NCBI GenBank assembly: GCA_041661385.1
Contig: JBAZUP010000001.1
Span: 495,920-559,919, forward strand
DNA: 64,000 bases
Direction: 5' to 3'
DNA from: Patescibacteria group bacterium
GTDB taxonomy: Bacteria > Patescibacteriota > Patescibacteriia > Magasanikbacterales > GWA2-37-8
This document shows positions 1-8,312 of this stretch, piece by piece (within the stretch, counting starts at the first letter, position 1; the number at the start of each line of letters is the position of its first letter). The notes beneath the pieces were generated by a model. That model saw only the letters and a program-made list of their open reading frames with translations, ran no database searches and was not told the origin of the DNA. A program made the translations under genes and the position numbers.

Positions 1-1711
1 CATCATGCATGAGCGTTGATTTGCCGGAGCCGGAAACACCGGTGAGACAAACGAACCGGCGCAACGGAATTTCTACATCAATATCTTTTAAATTATGTTC
101 AGAGGCTTTTTTAATTTTAATTTTTGGCGTCGCTCGGTCAACCTTGCGATATTCTTTTGGAATCGGAATGGACAATTCATTTCGCAAATATTTTCCGGTT
201 AGTGATTTTTTTGCGTCGCCTAATATTTTACAGCCGGTACTATCTTTTTTGGCGCTTCCCCCGAGTAACAAATCAAGCGGTCCGGAATAAACAACTTCAC
301 CCCCGTGTTTTCCGGCACCCGGGCCAATATCCACCACCCAATCACTGGTGAGTATGGTATCTTCGTCGTGTTCAACTATAATAATGGTGTTGCCGACATC
401 GCAAAGATTTCGTAAAGTTTTTACCAAGCGGTCATTATCACGCTGGTGCAAACCGATGGTTGGCTCGTCTAGCACATAAAGAGCGCCAACAAGGCGGGTG
501 CCGACCTGCGAAGCGAGACGAATGCGCTGAGCTTCACCGCCGGAAAGCGTGCCAGCCCGGCGGCCAAGACTAAGATAATGAAGACCGACATCGAACATGA
601 ATTGCAGACGGTTACTTATTTCTTTAAGCACTGTACCAGCGATTTCCCGTTCCGTATCCGGCAAATTCATATAGGTATTAGCAAAAAACTCGCGAGCTTC
701 TGCAATTGAAAGCGTCGTGACTTCCCAAATATTTTTTCCACCTACTTTTACACTTAACGCGGTTTCAGAAAGACGCTTGCCGTGACACTTCGGACATTCT
801 TCTTCGCTAAATAATTCTTTTGTACCAAGACCGGTACAAGCCTCGCAATATCCATACGGGCTATTAAAGCTAAACAAACGCGGTTCAATTTCTGGAAAAC
901 TAAAACCATCATTCGGACAAGAATATTCTGTACTATAAATATGTTCTTCACCGCTTGGATATTTTACGGTAGCAAGACCATTTGATAAATCAACCGCATT
1001 TTTTACCGCTTCATTCAAACGTTGATCGCCTTCTTTACTGTCCAAATACTTTCCATTCAGCGGTATTTTATCAACGATAATTTCCAAAGTGTGCTTATTA
1101 TTTTTAGATAAAATAATTCTTTCTTTTAGACTTTTTATTTCTCCGTCTACCCGAACTTCCAAATAACCGGAATTATAAATATCATAAAGCATCTGATAAT
1201 ATTCACCCTTTCGTCCGCGCACAATCGGCGAAAAAATTACCAATTCATTTTCAGTCTTTTTAATTTTTTTATCAATTTTTAAATTTTTTCTAACCTGCGC
1301 CACCATTTCATCCACCGTCAGCTTGGAAATTTTTGTTCCGTCTATCGGACAATGCGGTTCACCGACCCGCGCGTACAAGACCCGCATATAATCATATATC
1401 TCCGTAATTGTTGCGACAGTCGAGCGCGGATTGGCGCTGTGCGCTTTTTGATCAATAGAAATAGCCGGAGATAGCCCTTCGATTTCATCCACATCCGGTT
1501 TTTGCATACCGCCAAGAAACTGGCGCGCGTAAGCGGATAAACTTTCAATATATCGTCTTTGTCCTTCGGCAAAAATAGTATCAAAAGCAAGGCTCGATTT
1601 ACCGGAGCCGGACAGACCAGTGAACACAATCATTTTATTTCGCGGCAATTCGAGCGAAATATTTTTCAAATTATGCTCCCGCGCGCCTTTAATTACAATC
1701 TTTTCTTGCAT
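1..1711 (-). CDS. uvrA: UvrA-like excinuclease ABC subunit A, N-terminal half; second paralog, runs off the left edge
   Basis: Minus-strand frame starting at ATG 1709-1711 reads [65 protein letters not shown]..., including a Walker A (GSGKS). Downstream ABC signature is [13 protein letters not shown] second Walker A (GVSGSGKST) sits near position 1. The frame stays open to coordinate 1. The plus-strand ORFs 9-351 in the track overlap this gene and are spurious. Confidence 0.85.
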   Translation of the reverse strand, partial: MQEKIVIKGAREHNLKNISLELPRNKMIVFTGLSGSGKSSLAFDTIFAEGQRRYIESLSAYARQFLGGMQKPDVDEIEGLSPAISIDQKAHSANPRSTVATITEIYDYMRVLYARVGEPHCPIDGTKISKLTVDEMVAQVRKNLKIDKKIKKTENELVIFSPIVRGRKGEYYQMLYDIYNSGYLEVRVDGEIKSLKERIILSKNNKHTLEIIVDKIPLNGKYLDSKEGDQRLNEAVKNAVDLSNGLATVKYPSGEEHIYSTEYSCPNDGFSFPEIEPRLFSFNSPYGYCEACTGLGTKELFSEEECPKCHGKRLSETALSVKVGGKNIWEVTTLSIAEAREFFANTYMNLPDTEREIAGTVLKEISNRLQFMFDVGLHYLSLGRRAGTLSGGEAQRIRLASQVGTRLVGALYVLDEPTIGLHQRDNDRLVKTLRNLCDVGNTIIIVEHDEDTILTSDWVVDIGPGAGKHGGEVVYSGPLDLLLGGSAKKDSTGCKILGDAKKSLTGKYLRNELSIPIPKEYRKVDRATPKIKIKKASEHNLKDIDVEIPLRRFVCLTGVSGSGKSTLMHD

Positions 1712-1812
1712 GGAATTTGGTTAAAAAGGAAAAGGCCCCAACTTTATTTATATAGGGGGTATAGTTAATCTAGGATACTGTAAAAATCACACATTGTCAA
1801 TCGTTAATCACT

Positions 1813-2175
1813 CTCGCTGTCGCTCAATCAATTCATTCTTTTATCTTAATTTCTATTTCCCTAGCCCCGCGCGGGCGGCGGATACTTTCATAACTGAAAG
1901 TATCCAAAGGTTTTGGGGGTCGGCAGAACTCGTCGTGCGAACTCCTCAAACAGCTGGCGGCCCCCAAACCCCCGTTGGCTGGTCAACCAATCGCCCCTGA
2001 GCATTTGTGAAACGAGTTGCAAACTGTCCGGCGAAATTAGATTTTTTCAATACGACTATGATGATTTGAAAAAATCGTTTTGGTTTCGCCGTGACATTTG
2101 CCGAGTGGAACAACCGCTCGGCAGCTTTTGATTACTTTTCGCTGACGAAAAGTGATGCCAGCGCGGCGAGCGCTG
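1813..2175 (+). repeat. Structured repeat family, copy 1, about 360 nt; candidate ncRNA or structured MITE
   Basis: Components: start block ctcgctgtcgctcaatca; perfect 11-bp hairpin ggatactttca/taac/tgaaagtatcc at 1880-1905; stem-enclosed module 1912-1972; hairpin acttttcg/ctga/cgaaaagt at 2133-2152; closing hairpin cagcgc/ggcga/gcgctg at 2159-2175. The 5' hairpin and the 3' hairpin are imperfect inverted copies of one another. Confidence 0.75.
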
Positions 2176-2294
2176 TCATTTGGGTTAAAATGGGTGGAAC
2201 ACAGGATGCGGATAAAAAAATATGATTAAAAAGGAGGTATTGCCAAAAAAACAACTATAGATTATATTATGGATGTTATTTAATTATATAATAT

Positions 2295-2744
2295 ATGAAG
2301 AAAGCTACTGCTTTTTTAGTAACGGTTCTCGGAGTACTCGCCTTAACCGGCGCAGGCTGCAATAAAACCGAGGAAACAATTAATACAACCGAAGAAAAAG
2401 AAACTGCCACTAGTACCACAACCACCACCTCCGAAGAAAGTGGAGCTACTGAAGAAGCTTCTCAAATCGAAGCAACTGTTGAAGCCTTGGGAAACGGCGC
2501 AGTATCTGTTAAATGGACAGTTCCAGAAAACTTTGACCGCACCAAAAGCTTCCAGGTTCTACACAGCGCGAAACCAAATCCAGTTCACCCAACCGCTTTC
2601 TGGTTTCAATATATGAACGACACTCGCACTACCGAACTAAACAATGTAACTCCTGGTAAACGATACTTCCGCGTCTGTGCCTTTGATCTCACAAAAAATG
2701 AATGTGCCAGTTTTTCAAACGAAGTTGAGTTGGAAGTGAAATAA
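2295..2744 (+). CDS. Lipoprotein with a Thr/Glu-rich linker and an Ig/FN3-like C-terminal domain
   Basis: Signal peptide plus lipobox: MKKATAFLVTVLGVLALTGAGC. Low-complexity TTTTTSEESGATEE linker. Followed by a rho-independent terminator. Confidence 0.55.
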   Translation: MKKATAFLVTVLGVLALTGAGCNKTEETINTTEEKETATSTTTTTSEESGATEEASQIEATVEALGNGAVSVKWTVPENFDRTKSFQVLHSAKPNPVHPTAFWFQYMNDTRTTELNNVTPGKRYFRVCAFDLTKNECASFSNEVELEVK

Positions 2745-2781
2745 ACCTTTCGATTGCAAGCTCACTAGAAAATATAAATAA

Positions 2782-2816
2782 AAAAACCTCCGCTTTTAAC
2801 GGAGGTTTTTATTTTT
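2782..2816. terminator. Bidirectional rho-independent terminator
   Basis: aaaaaaacctccgcttttaacggaggtttttattttt. Stem cctccg/cggagg flanked by A-run and T-run. Sits between convergent genes. Confidence 0.75.
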
Positions 2817-2820
2817 AATT

Positions 2821-3450
2821 TTACTCCAGCACCATCGGTAATGGATGAGTAATTTTTATTTGCCACCAGGCCTTTAGTCTCGCTCCAACTTCTCTAAATT
2901 TCATCCAGGCCAAATCGCCGCCGTAACTATGTAAATCGGCCGCAACACCAATAGTTTTGATTCCGAAATTTTCGCAAAGATAAATAATTCTCGGCAGATG
3001 AAAAGCTTGGGAAACTGCAATAACCTCGGTAAATCCAAAAATATTTGCTTCGCGATAACAACTTTCATAAGTTCGGTAGCCATGCCGGTCTAAAATTATT
3101 TTATTTTCCGGCACCCCAAAACTCATCGCCGCCTTTTTCATCGCATCGACTTCATTTTGGTATCTTTTCCCGTCATCTCCGGTCATCATTAAAATACTTA
3201 CTTTACCGGTTTTATAAAGCGCCACTCCCTCCACAATCCGGTCAGTCAGCATTTCGTTCGGCGTACCATCTGCATTTAATCCCCCGCCAAATATCAATCC
3301 AACTGTTGAAGTTGGAACATCTGCCGGAAAAACAATTTTATCTGATTTTTTTATTATGACGAGATTAGCGTAGATTATAAAAATAAAAAAGACCCCCATT
3401 AAAGTTATTACCACGCTCAAGCTAATAAATTTCCAGTGATGTTTAAGCAT
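2821..3450 (-). CDS. DUF218 (YdcF/SanA/ElyC-like) family protein
   Basis: N-terminal TM, then GLIFGGGLNADGTPNEMLTDRIVEGVALYKTGKV...MMTGDDG, typical of DUF218. ATG at 3448-3450 overlaps the uvrB stop. Confidence 0.6.
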   Translation of the reverse strand: MLKHHWKFISLSVVITLMGVFFIFIIYANLVIIKKSDKIVFPADVPTSTVGLIFGGGLNADGTPNEMLTDRIVEGVALYKTGKVSILMMTGDDGKRYQNEVDAMKKAAMSFGVPENKIILDRHGYRTYESCYREANIFGFTEVIAVSQAFHLPRIIYLCENFGIKTIGVAADLHSYGGDLAWMKFREVGARLKAWWQIKITHPLPMVLE

Positions 3451-5554
3451 TTGGTTTAATTGGCTTAGTTTTTTTTATTTTTAATTTATCTTCGGCATCC
3501 CCGACTTTTTCTCGGGCTTTAAGTTCGCGCATTTCATCCCGAAGTATCGCCGCGAGTTCAAAGTCTAGATCATGCGCGGCCTGCTTCATCTGTACTTCCT
3601 TCTCCTTTATTATAACATTAAGCGAGCGTCCATCGCCAATGAGGTCGAGTTCGGTGGTGGTGGCAAGGCGGTCACGTCGCTTCTTGGCCTCGCGGTTCTT
3701 AGCCCGGTCCGGCGAAATACCAAACTCTTCCAAAATATTCCGAATGGATTTTTCAATAGTTTTAGGCGTGATACCATGTTTCTCATTATACGCGATCTGA
3801 ATTTTCCGGCGGCGGCTAGTTTCATCCATGGCTTTTTGCATTGAACCGGTAATATTGTCGGCATACAAAACAACCTGCCCGTTTACATTGCGGGCGGCGC
3901 GGCCAATGGTCTGAATCAAACTTACCTCACTACGCAAGAACCCTTCTTTGTCAGCATCAAGAATTGCGACAAGTGAGACTTCGGGCATATCAAGACCCTC
4001 ACGCAATAAGTTGACCCCAACTATCACATCATTTTTTCCTAGCCGGAGATTGGTAATTATTTCAATTCGATCGAGAGTATCAACATCACTATGCAAATAA
4101 GCCACTTTAATTTTTTTCTCTTTTAAATAATCAGTCAGATCCTCGGCCATTTTTTTGGTAAGAGTGGTGACCAAAACCCGCTCCTTCATTTTAATTCTTT
4201 CTTCAATGCGGATAATTAAATCTTCTACCTGAGAAAGTTGCTTGCCGTCTTTTTTTCCGACGATTGGACGAATAATAATTTCCGGATCAATAAGACCAGT
4301 CGGCCGGGCAATCTGCTCAGCAACGCGTTCACTTATCTTTAATTCGTACTCCGTAGGCGTGGCAGAAACATAAACCGCTTGACCAACTTTTTTATCAAAC
4401 TCTGTATAAGTGAGCGGCCGGTTGTCGCGCGCGCTTGGCAATCGAAAGCCGTGTTCAACTAACGTATTTTTGCGCGCTTGATCACCATTATACATGGCCC
4501 GAATTTGCGGCAAGGTAACATGGCACTCGTCGATGATGGTCAAAAAATTTGCTTGTCCACCGCCACTGCCGTGAATAAAATAATCTAGGAGGGTAAAGGG
4601 CGGTTCGCCGGCACCGCGCCCTTCAAAGTGCGCGGAATAATTTTCTATGCCGCTGCAATAACCGACATTTTTTATCATTTGTAAATCATACGCGACCCGA
4701 CGCTTTAATCGTTCGTACTCCAACACTTTGCCGTTCTTTTCAAAAAATGCGAGCTGATCCTGCAATTCTTTATTGATGGTATTAAAAGCCATTTTCCGAC
4801 TTTCTTCTCCTACTACATAATGGCGGGCCGGAAAAAACCAAGCGTCTTCGATAACTTTTTTTACGGTTCTGCTCACGCTATCCACGAGCTCAATATTATC
4901 GATATGATTAGAAATTTCAAACCGATAAATTGCGTCTTCATTCACGGGCATAATTTCAAACACCTGACCGCGTAATCGGAATGAGCCCCGCTTCATTTCG
5001 CTATTAGTGCGAGTGAATTGCATGGAGATAAGCTGCTCGAGCATCGCTCGTCGGTCGAGTTTGTCGCCCTTGCGTAAATGTAAAACAATTTTTTCATATT
5101 CAAATGGCGAGCCAAGGCCGTAGATAGCCGAGACAGATGCGACTATGATGACATCTTTACGCGTAAGAAGCGCCTGAGTGCAGGCGTGGCGGAGGCGGTC
5201 GATTTCTTCATTTATCATCGCTTCCTTCTCTATATATGTATCCGAATTTGGCATGTACGCCTCGGGCTGATAGTAATCATAATAAGAAACAAAATATTCC
5301 ACGGCGTTGTGTGGAAAGAATTCGCGGAACTCGTTGCAGAGCTGAGCAGCTAAGGTTTTGTTATGGGCGATAACGAGCGTTGCCTTTTGCGTTCGCTCTA
5401 TTACATTCGCCATGGTAAAGGTTTTGCCCGAGCCGGTAACGCCAAGCAGAGTCTGCCGACGCATACCTTTTTCTATTCCATCGACCAAATCATCAATCGC
5501 TTTCGGCTGGTCTCCGGCTGGAGTCATTTTTGAGACTATTTTAAATTTTGGCAT
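3443..5554 (-). CDS. uvrB: Excinuclease ABC subunit B
   Basis: 703 aa. N-terminus PAGDQPKAIDDLVDGIEKG...GVTGSGKTFTMANVI (helicase motif I), DECH-type motif IIDECHVT, C-terminal UVR coiled-coil AAILRDEMRELKAREK. Confidence 0.95.
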   Translation of the reverse strand: MPKFKIVSKMTPAGDQPKAIDDLVDGIEKGMRRQTLLGVTGSGKTFTMANVIERTQKATLVIAHNKTLAAQLCNEFREFFPHNAVEYFVSYYDYYQPEAYMPNSDTYIEKEAMINEEIDRLRHACTQALLTRKDVIIVASVSAIYGLGSPFEYEKIVLHLRKGDKLDRRAMLEQLISMQFTRTNSEMKRGSFRLRGQVFEIMPVNEDAIYRFEISNHIDNIELVDSVSRTVKKVIEDAWFFPARHYVVGEESRKMAFNTINKELQDQLAFFEKNGKVLEYERLKRRVAYDLQMIKNVGYCSGIENYSAHFEGRGAGEPPFTLLDYFIHGSGGGQANFLTIIDECHVTLPQIRAMYNGDQARKNTLVEHGFRLPSARDNRPLTYTEFDKKVGQAVYVSATPTEYELKISERVAEQIARPTGLIDPEIIIRPIVGKKDGKQLSQVEDLIIRIEERIKMKERVLVTTLTKKMAEDLTDYLKEKKIKVAYLHSDVDTLDRIEIITNLRLGKNDVIVGVNLLREGLDMPEVSLVAILDADKEGFLRSEVSLIQTIGRAARNVNGQVVLYADNITGSMQKAMDETSRRRKIQIAYNEKHGITPKTIEKSIRNILEEFGISPDRAKNREAKKRRDRLATTTELDLIGDGRSLNVIIKEKEVQMKQAAHDLDFELAAILRDEMRELKAREKVGDAEDKLKIKKTKPIKPNA

Positions 5555-5556
5555 AT

Positions 5557-5733
5557 TTTCAATCGTTACAATGGGGGTCTGGGGGCCGCCAGCTGTTTGA
5601 GGAGCTCGCGCGACGAGTTCTGCCGGCCCCTCAGAACCTTTTGATTACTTTTCAGTTATGAAAAGTGATGCCGCCGGCAGGGCTAACGAAAATTATATTA
5701 AAGAAATACTTGATTTGATTGAGCGACAGCGAG
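5557..5733 (-). repeat. Structured repeat family, copy 3; inverted orientation, 5' portion only, abuts the uvrB start
   Basis: Reverse complement reads ctcgctgtcgctcaatca...ggcatcacttttcataactgaaaagtaatc...ggggccggcagaactcgtcgcgcgagctcctcaaacagctggcggcccccagaccccc. This is collinear with copy 1 at 1813-1975. Confidence 0.7.
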
Positions 5734-5835
5734 AAAGTGGAATCTAAAGACACGTTGTCTTTTCCCTCTATTCTTGTTATTCTACAGGAAATTGAATGAT
5801 TTTAACACGAGGAAGAGAAAAAATCAATATAAGCT

Positions 5836-6348
5836 ATGAATATAGATGATTACGCGAAAATAAATATTAACCCAATCTTCGAGCCAATCAAAAGAATATT
5901 TGAATTCTATGTTCTTGGATCAATATTCGTTCCCCAGCATGAATTTCAAAAATTTGTTATACAGTCACACCCTGAACTTGCCGCCCTAATAAACGACTAC
6001 AACCATGAAGTTGACGTAAAAATTGAAAATCAAACCACGAAAACAAAAACAGCGTTATATTTCACAAGCATAGGCCGTCTGATGATAATTGCAGTTTTTG
6101 ATATTTTGCAATTTTCCAAATACCATAATAAAATAAAGAAGGATGAAATTTATAAATTTACCAAACATTTACGTAATGGAGCGGCTCATGATAATAAATT
6201 TGAAATTTCACCACCATTAAAAAAACCTATTTGTTGGCAAAACAAAACCATAACTAATTCTTTGAACGGCTCTACCGTTATTCCTGATTTTATTGACCCT
6301 ATTACTATAATTTACTTATTATCCGATATTACAGAGTTGATAAAATAA
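5836..6348 (+). CDS. Hypothetical protein with a possible HEPN-like R-x4-H motif
   Basis: 170 aa. Contains KHLRNGAAHDNKF (R-x4-H). No other recognisable motif. Family assignment is weak. Confidence 0.4.
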   Translation: MNIDDYAKININPIFEPIKRIFEFYVLGSIFVPQHEFQKFVIQSHPELAALINDYNHEVDVKIENQTTKTKTALYFTSIGRLMIIAVFDILQFSKYHNKIKKDEIYKFTKHLRNGAAHDNKFEISPPLKKPICWQNKTITNSLNGSTVIPDFIDPITIIYLLSDITELIK

Positions 6349-6425
6349 GAATAACATTTTGTGAAGTTCGACTAATTCACTCAAATAAAACCATACGAAA
6401 GAACTCCATACTGAAATACATATAA

Positions 6426-6956
6426 ATGCATCCCCAGAAAAAAGTAAAAGCCTACAATAATTTTATGATTACCATCAGATTACAAAAAATCAGCGACGCA
6501 AAACGCTTCTTTGAAATCCTCAAAAATCCTAATTTTATTTATTGGGATATTAGGCCAAAAACTATCAAGGATGAAGAAAAGTGGCTAAGAAAAAACCCCG
6601 AGCGACGCCGAAAAAATTCTGAGTTTAATTACTCTATTATTCACATTGGAGAAATAGTCGGAGCGGTAGGTGTAAAAATAAATTCCGGCCGTCCGCACAT
6701 TGGTGAAATTGGCTATTTTTTAGATGAAAAATACTGGGGACAAGGCATCACCACCACAGCAGTAAAATTACTGGAAACAATTTGCTTAAAAAAACTAAAA
6801 CTAAAGCGTCTGGAAATTGTCATGCAACCAGGAAATAAAGCAAGTGAAAAAGTCGCTATCAAATGCGGTTACAAAAAAGAAGGATTGTTAAAAAAATTAC
6901 TTAAACACCAAGATGGTAAATATCACGATAGTTACATGTACGCAAAAACTATTTAA
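6426..6956 (+). CDS. GNAT family N-acetyltransferase (RimJ/RimL-like)
   Basis: HIGEIGYFLDEKYWGQGITTTAVKLLETICLKKLKLKRLEIVMQPGNKASEKVAIKCGYKKEG fits the GNAT fold (acetyl-CoA Q/RxxGxG/A-like segment). Confidence 0.7.
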   Translation: MHPQKKVKAYNNFMITIRLQKISDAKRFFEILKNPNFIYWDIRPKTIKDEEKWLRKNPERRRKNSEFNYSIIHIGEIVGAVGVKINSGRPHIGEIGYFLDEKYWGQGITTTAVKLLETICLKKLKLKRLEIVMQPGNKASEKVAIKCGYKKEGLLKKLLKHQDGKYHDSYMYAKTI

Positions 6957-6966
6957 TAACATCTCT

Positions 6967-7416
6967 ATGAGCAAAGAAAAAGATTTATACCAAGTATCCT
7001 TAAAAGCTGTAATAAAAAATAATAACGGTGAAATTTTGTTGCTAAAAGCGTTGCTCAACGGCTCCCACGCTGGCTACTATGATTTACCCGGCGGGCGCAT
7101 TGATAAGGATGAATTTACCATTCCACTTACGGATATTTTAAAAAGAGAAATTTCGGAAGAAGTTGGGAATATTGATGTCGTAATAAAACCAACGCCTGTC
7201 GCAGTGGCTCGCCACTGTATACCCGGATCTATGACTAAAACCGGCAAAGACATTCATGTTCTATATATTTTATTTGAAGTCGAATATAAAGGAGGAAAAA
7301 TTGTAATCAGCAACGAACATACCGATTTCAAATGGGCGGATTTTTCAAAAGAAAATCCTGAAAATCTTCTTTCGTCCGGAAATTTGGAAGGTATTAAAAT
7401 GTATCTTGCGAAATAA
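6967..7416 (+). CDS. NUDIX hydrolase
   Basis: Nudix box GGRIDKDEFTIPLTDILKREISEEVGN (Gx5Ex7REUxEExGU). Start moved to ATG 6967 (MSKEKDLY) to avoid overlap with the upstream GNAT gene. Confidence 0.7.
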   Translation: MSKEKDLYQVSLKAVIKNNNGEILLLKALLNGSHAGYYDLPGGRIDKDEFTIPLTDILKREISEEVGNIDVVIKPTPVAVARHCIPGSMTKTGKDIHVLYILFEVEYKGGKIVISNEHTDFKWADFSKENPENLLSSGNLEGIKMYLAK

Positions 7417-7462
7417 TATGCTTTTCAACGAACACCTACAAAATAAAATTTAATTATTAAAT

Positions 7463-7723
7463 ATGGACAAAACCGAAATCAGACGTAAGTGGGACCTTTT
7501 ACCAAAAGAAAAAAGACTATCTTGTATTGAGGCAATCGTCACATTTTTTCAAGAAACCCGGGAAGAAAAAATCGGTATAATTGCCGCTGAAGATATCTTA
7601 GACTTCTTTTTGCGGGATATTAGAAAATATATTTATAATAAAGGTGTTGAGGATTCAAAAGAAATTTTAAAAAAAGGTTTTAATAGCTTGGATGTGGATC
7701 TTGCTATTTTACAAGATAAATAA
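7463..7723 (+). CDS. DUF2164-like small acidic protein
   Basis: 86 aa. EEKIGIIAAEDILDFFLRDIRKYIYNKGVEDSK resembles DUF2164, from memory of the family consensus. Confidence 0.45.
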   Translation: MDKTEIRRKWDLLPKEKRLSCIEAIVTFFQETREEKIGIIAAEDILDFFLRDIRKYIYNKGVEDSKEILKKGFNSLDVDLAILQDK

Positions 7724-7724
7724 T

Positions 7725-8030
7725 ATGTTCTACAACAAACTCGTCCGCGATAAAATCCCCGACATAATCAAAAGCAAAGGCGAAACGCCAGTGACGCATA
7801 TTGCGGATGAAAAAGAGTATGCCGAGGCGCTAGCCAAAAAGCTTCACGAAGAAACCGACGAATTTAATACTAAACCCTCGGTAGAAGAAGCGGCAGATAT
7901 TATGGAAGTACTAATGGCGGTCGCGAAGCTAAATAATATTGATTTGAGCGGTTTGGAAGAAGTTCGAAAGAAAAAAGCCACTGACCGCGGCGGGTTTGAA
8001 AAACGAATAATTTTGGACGAAACAAAATAA
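7725..8030 (+). CDS. MazG-like nucleoside triphosphate pyrophosphohydrolase domain protein
   Basis: MFYNKLVRDKIPDII...EEAADIMEVLMAVAKLNNIDL; all-alpha MazG/HisE-type EExxD motif. Start at ATG 7725. Confidence 0.55.
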   Translation: MFYNKLVRDKIPDIIKSKGETPVTHIADEKEYAEALAKKLHEETDEFNTKPSVEEAADIMEVLMAVAKLNNIDLSGLEEVRKKKATDRGGFEKRIILDETK

Positions 8031-8032
8031 TT

Positions 8033-8272
8033 ATGACTAAAAATATTTCGGAAATAATCGGCTGGTATGGAACTGCAGCGATACTACTCGCCTACGCTTT
8101 GTTAAGCTTCGGTGTCTTGTCTTCTAACAATATATTTTATCAACTCTTAAACATCACCGGCGCACTTGGCCTAGTGATAATATCCTTCCGGAAAAAAACC
8201 TACCAACCCGGTATTTTAAATATTATTTGGTCAATTATCGCGGCCATCGCGATAATTAAAATGTTTATATAA
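8033..8272 (+). CDS. Small membrane protein with 2-3 TM helices
   Basis: 79 aa, hydrophobic segments AAILLAYALLSFGVL, LGLVIISF, IIWSIIAAIAIIKMFI. Confidence 0.5.
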   Translation: MTKNISEIIGWYGTAAILLAYALLSFGVLSSNNIFYQLLNITGALGLVIISFRKKTYQPGILNIIWSIIAAIAIIKMFI

Positions 8273-8312
8273 ATAATTATTCTTTTGCACCCCTTTTGGC
8301 AAAAATAACCAT

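Noticed and set aside
9-351. Plus-strand ORFs 9-290 and 124-351, and similar short ORFs such as 754-951, 1342-1629, 1559-1768
   Set aside because: They lie entirely antisense to or overlapping the well-supported uvrA-like frame on the minus strand and have no motif support. Spurious.
1813-2175. Structured repeat considered as tmRNA, SRP RNA, 6S RNA or an IscB/TnpB omega-RNA
   Set aside because: No tRNA-like T-arm or CCA end, and no tag-peptide reading frame. No SRP domain IV motif. Too long for 6S. No IscB or TnpB ORF adjacent to any copy.
2228-2240. AAGGAGG-like sequence at 2231-2238 considered as the Shine-Dalgarno for an alternative start of the lipoprotein gene
   Set aside because: It lies about 57 nt upstream of ATG 2295, and the only nearby ATG (2269) opens a 4-codon frame. 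Not a functional Shine-Dalgarno for this gene.
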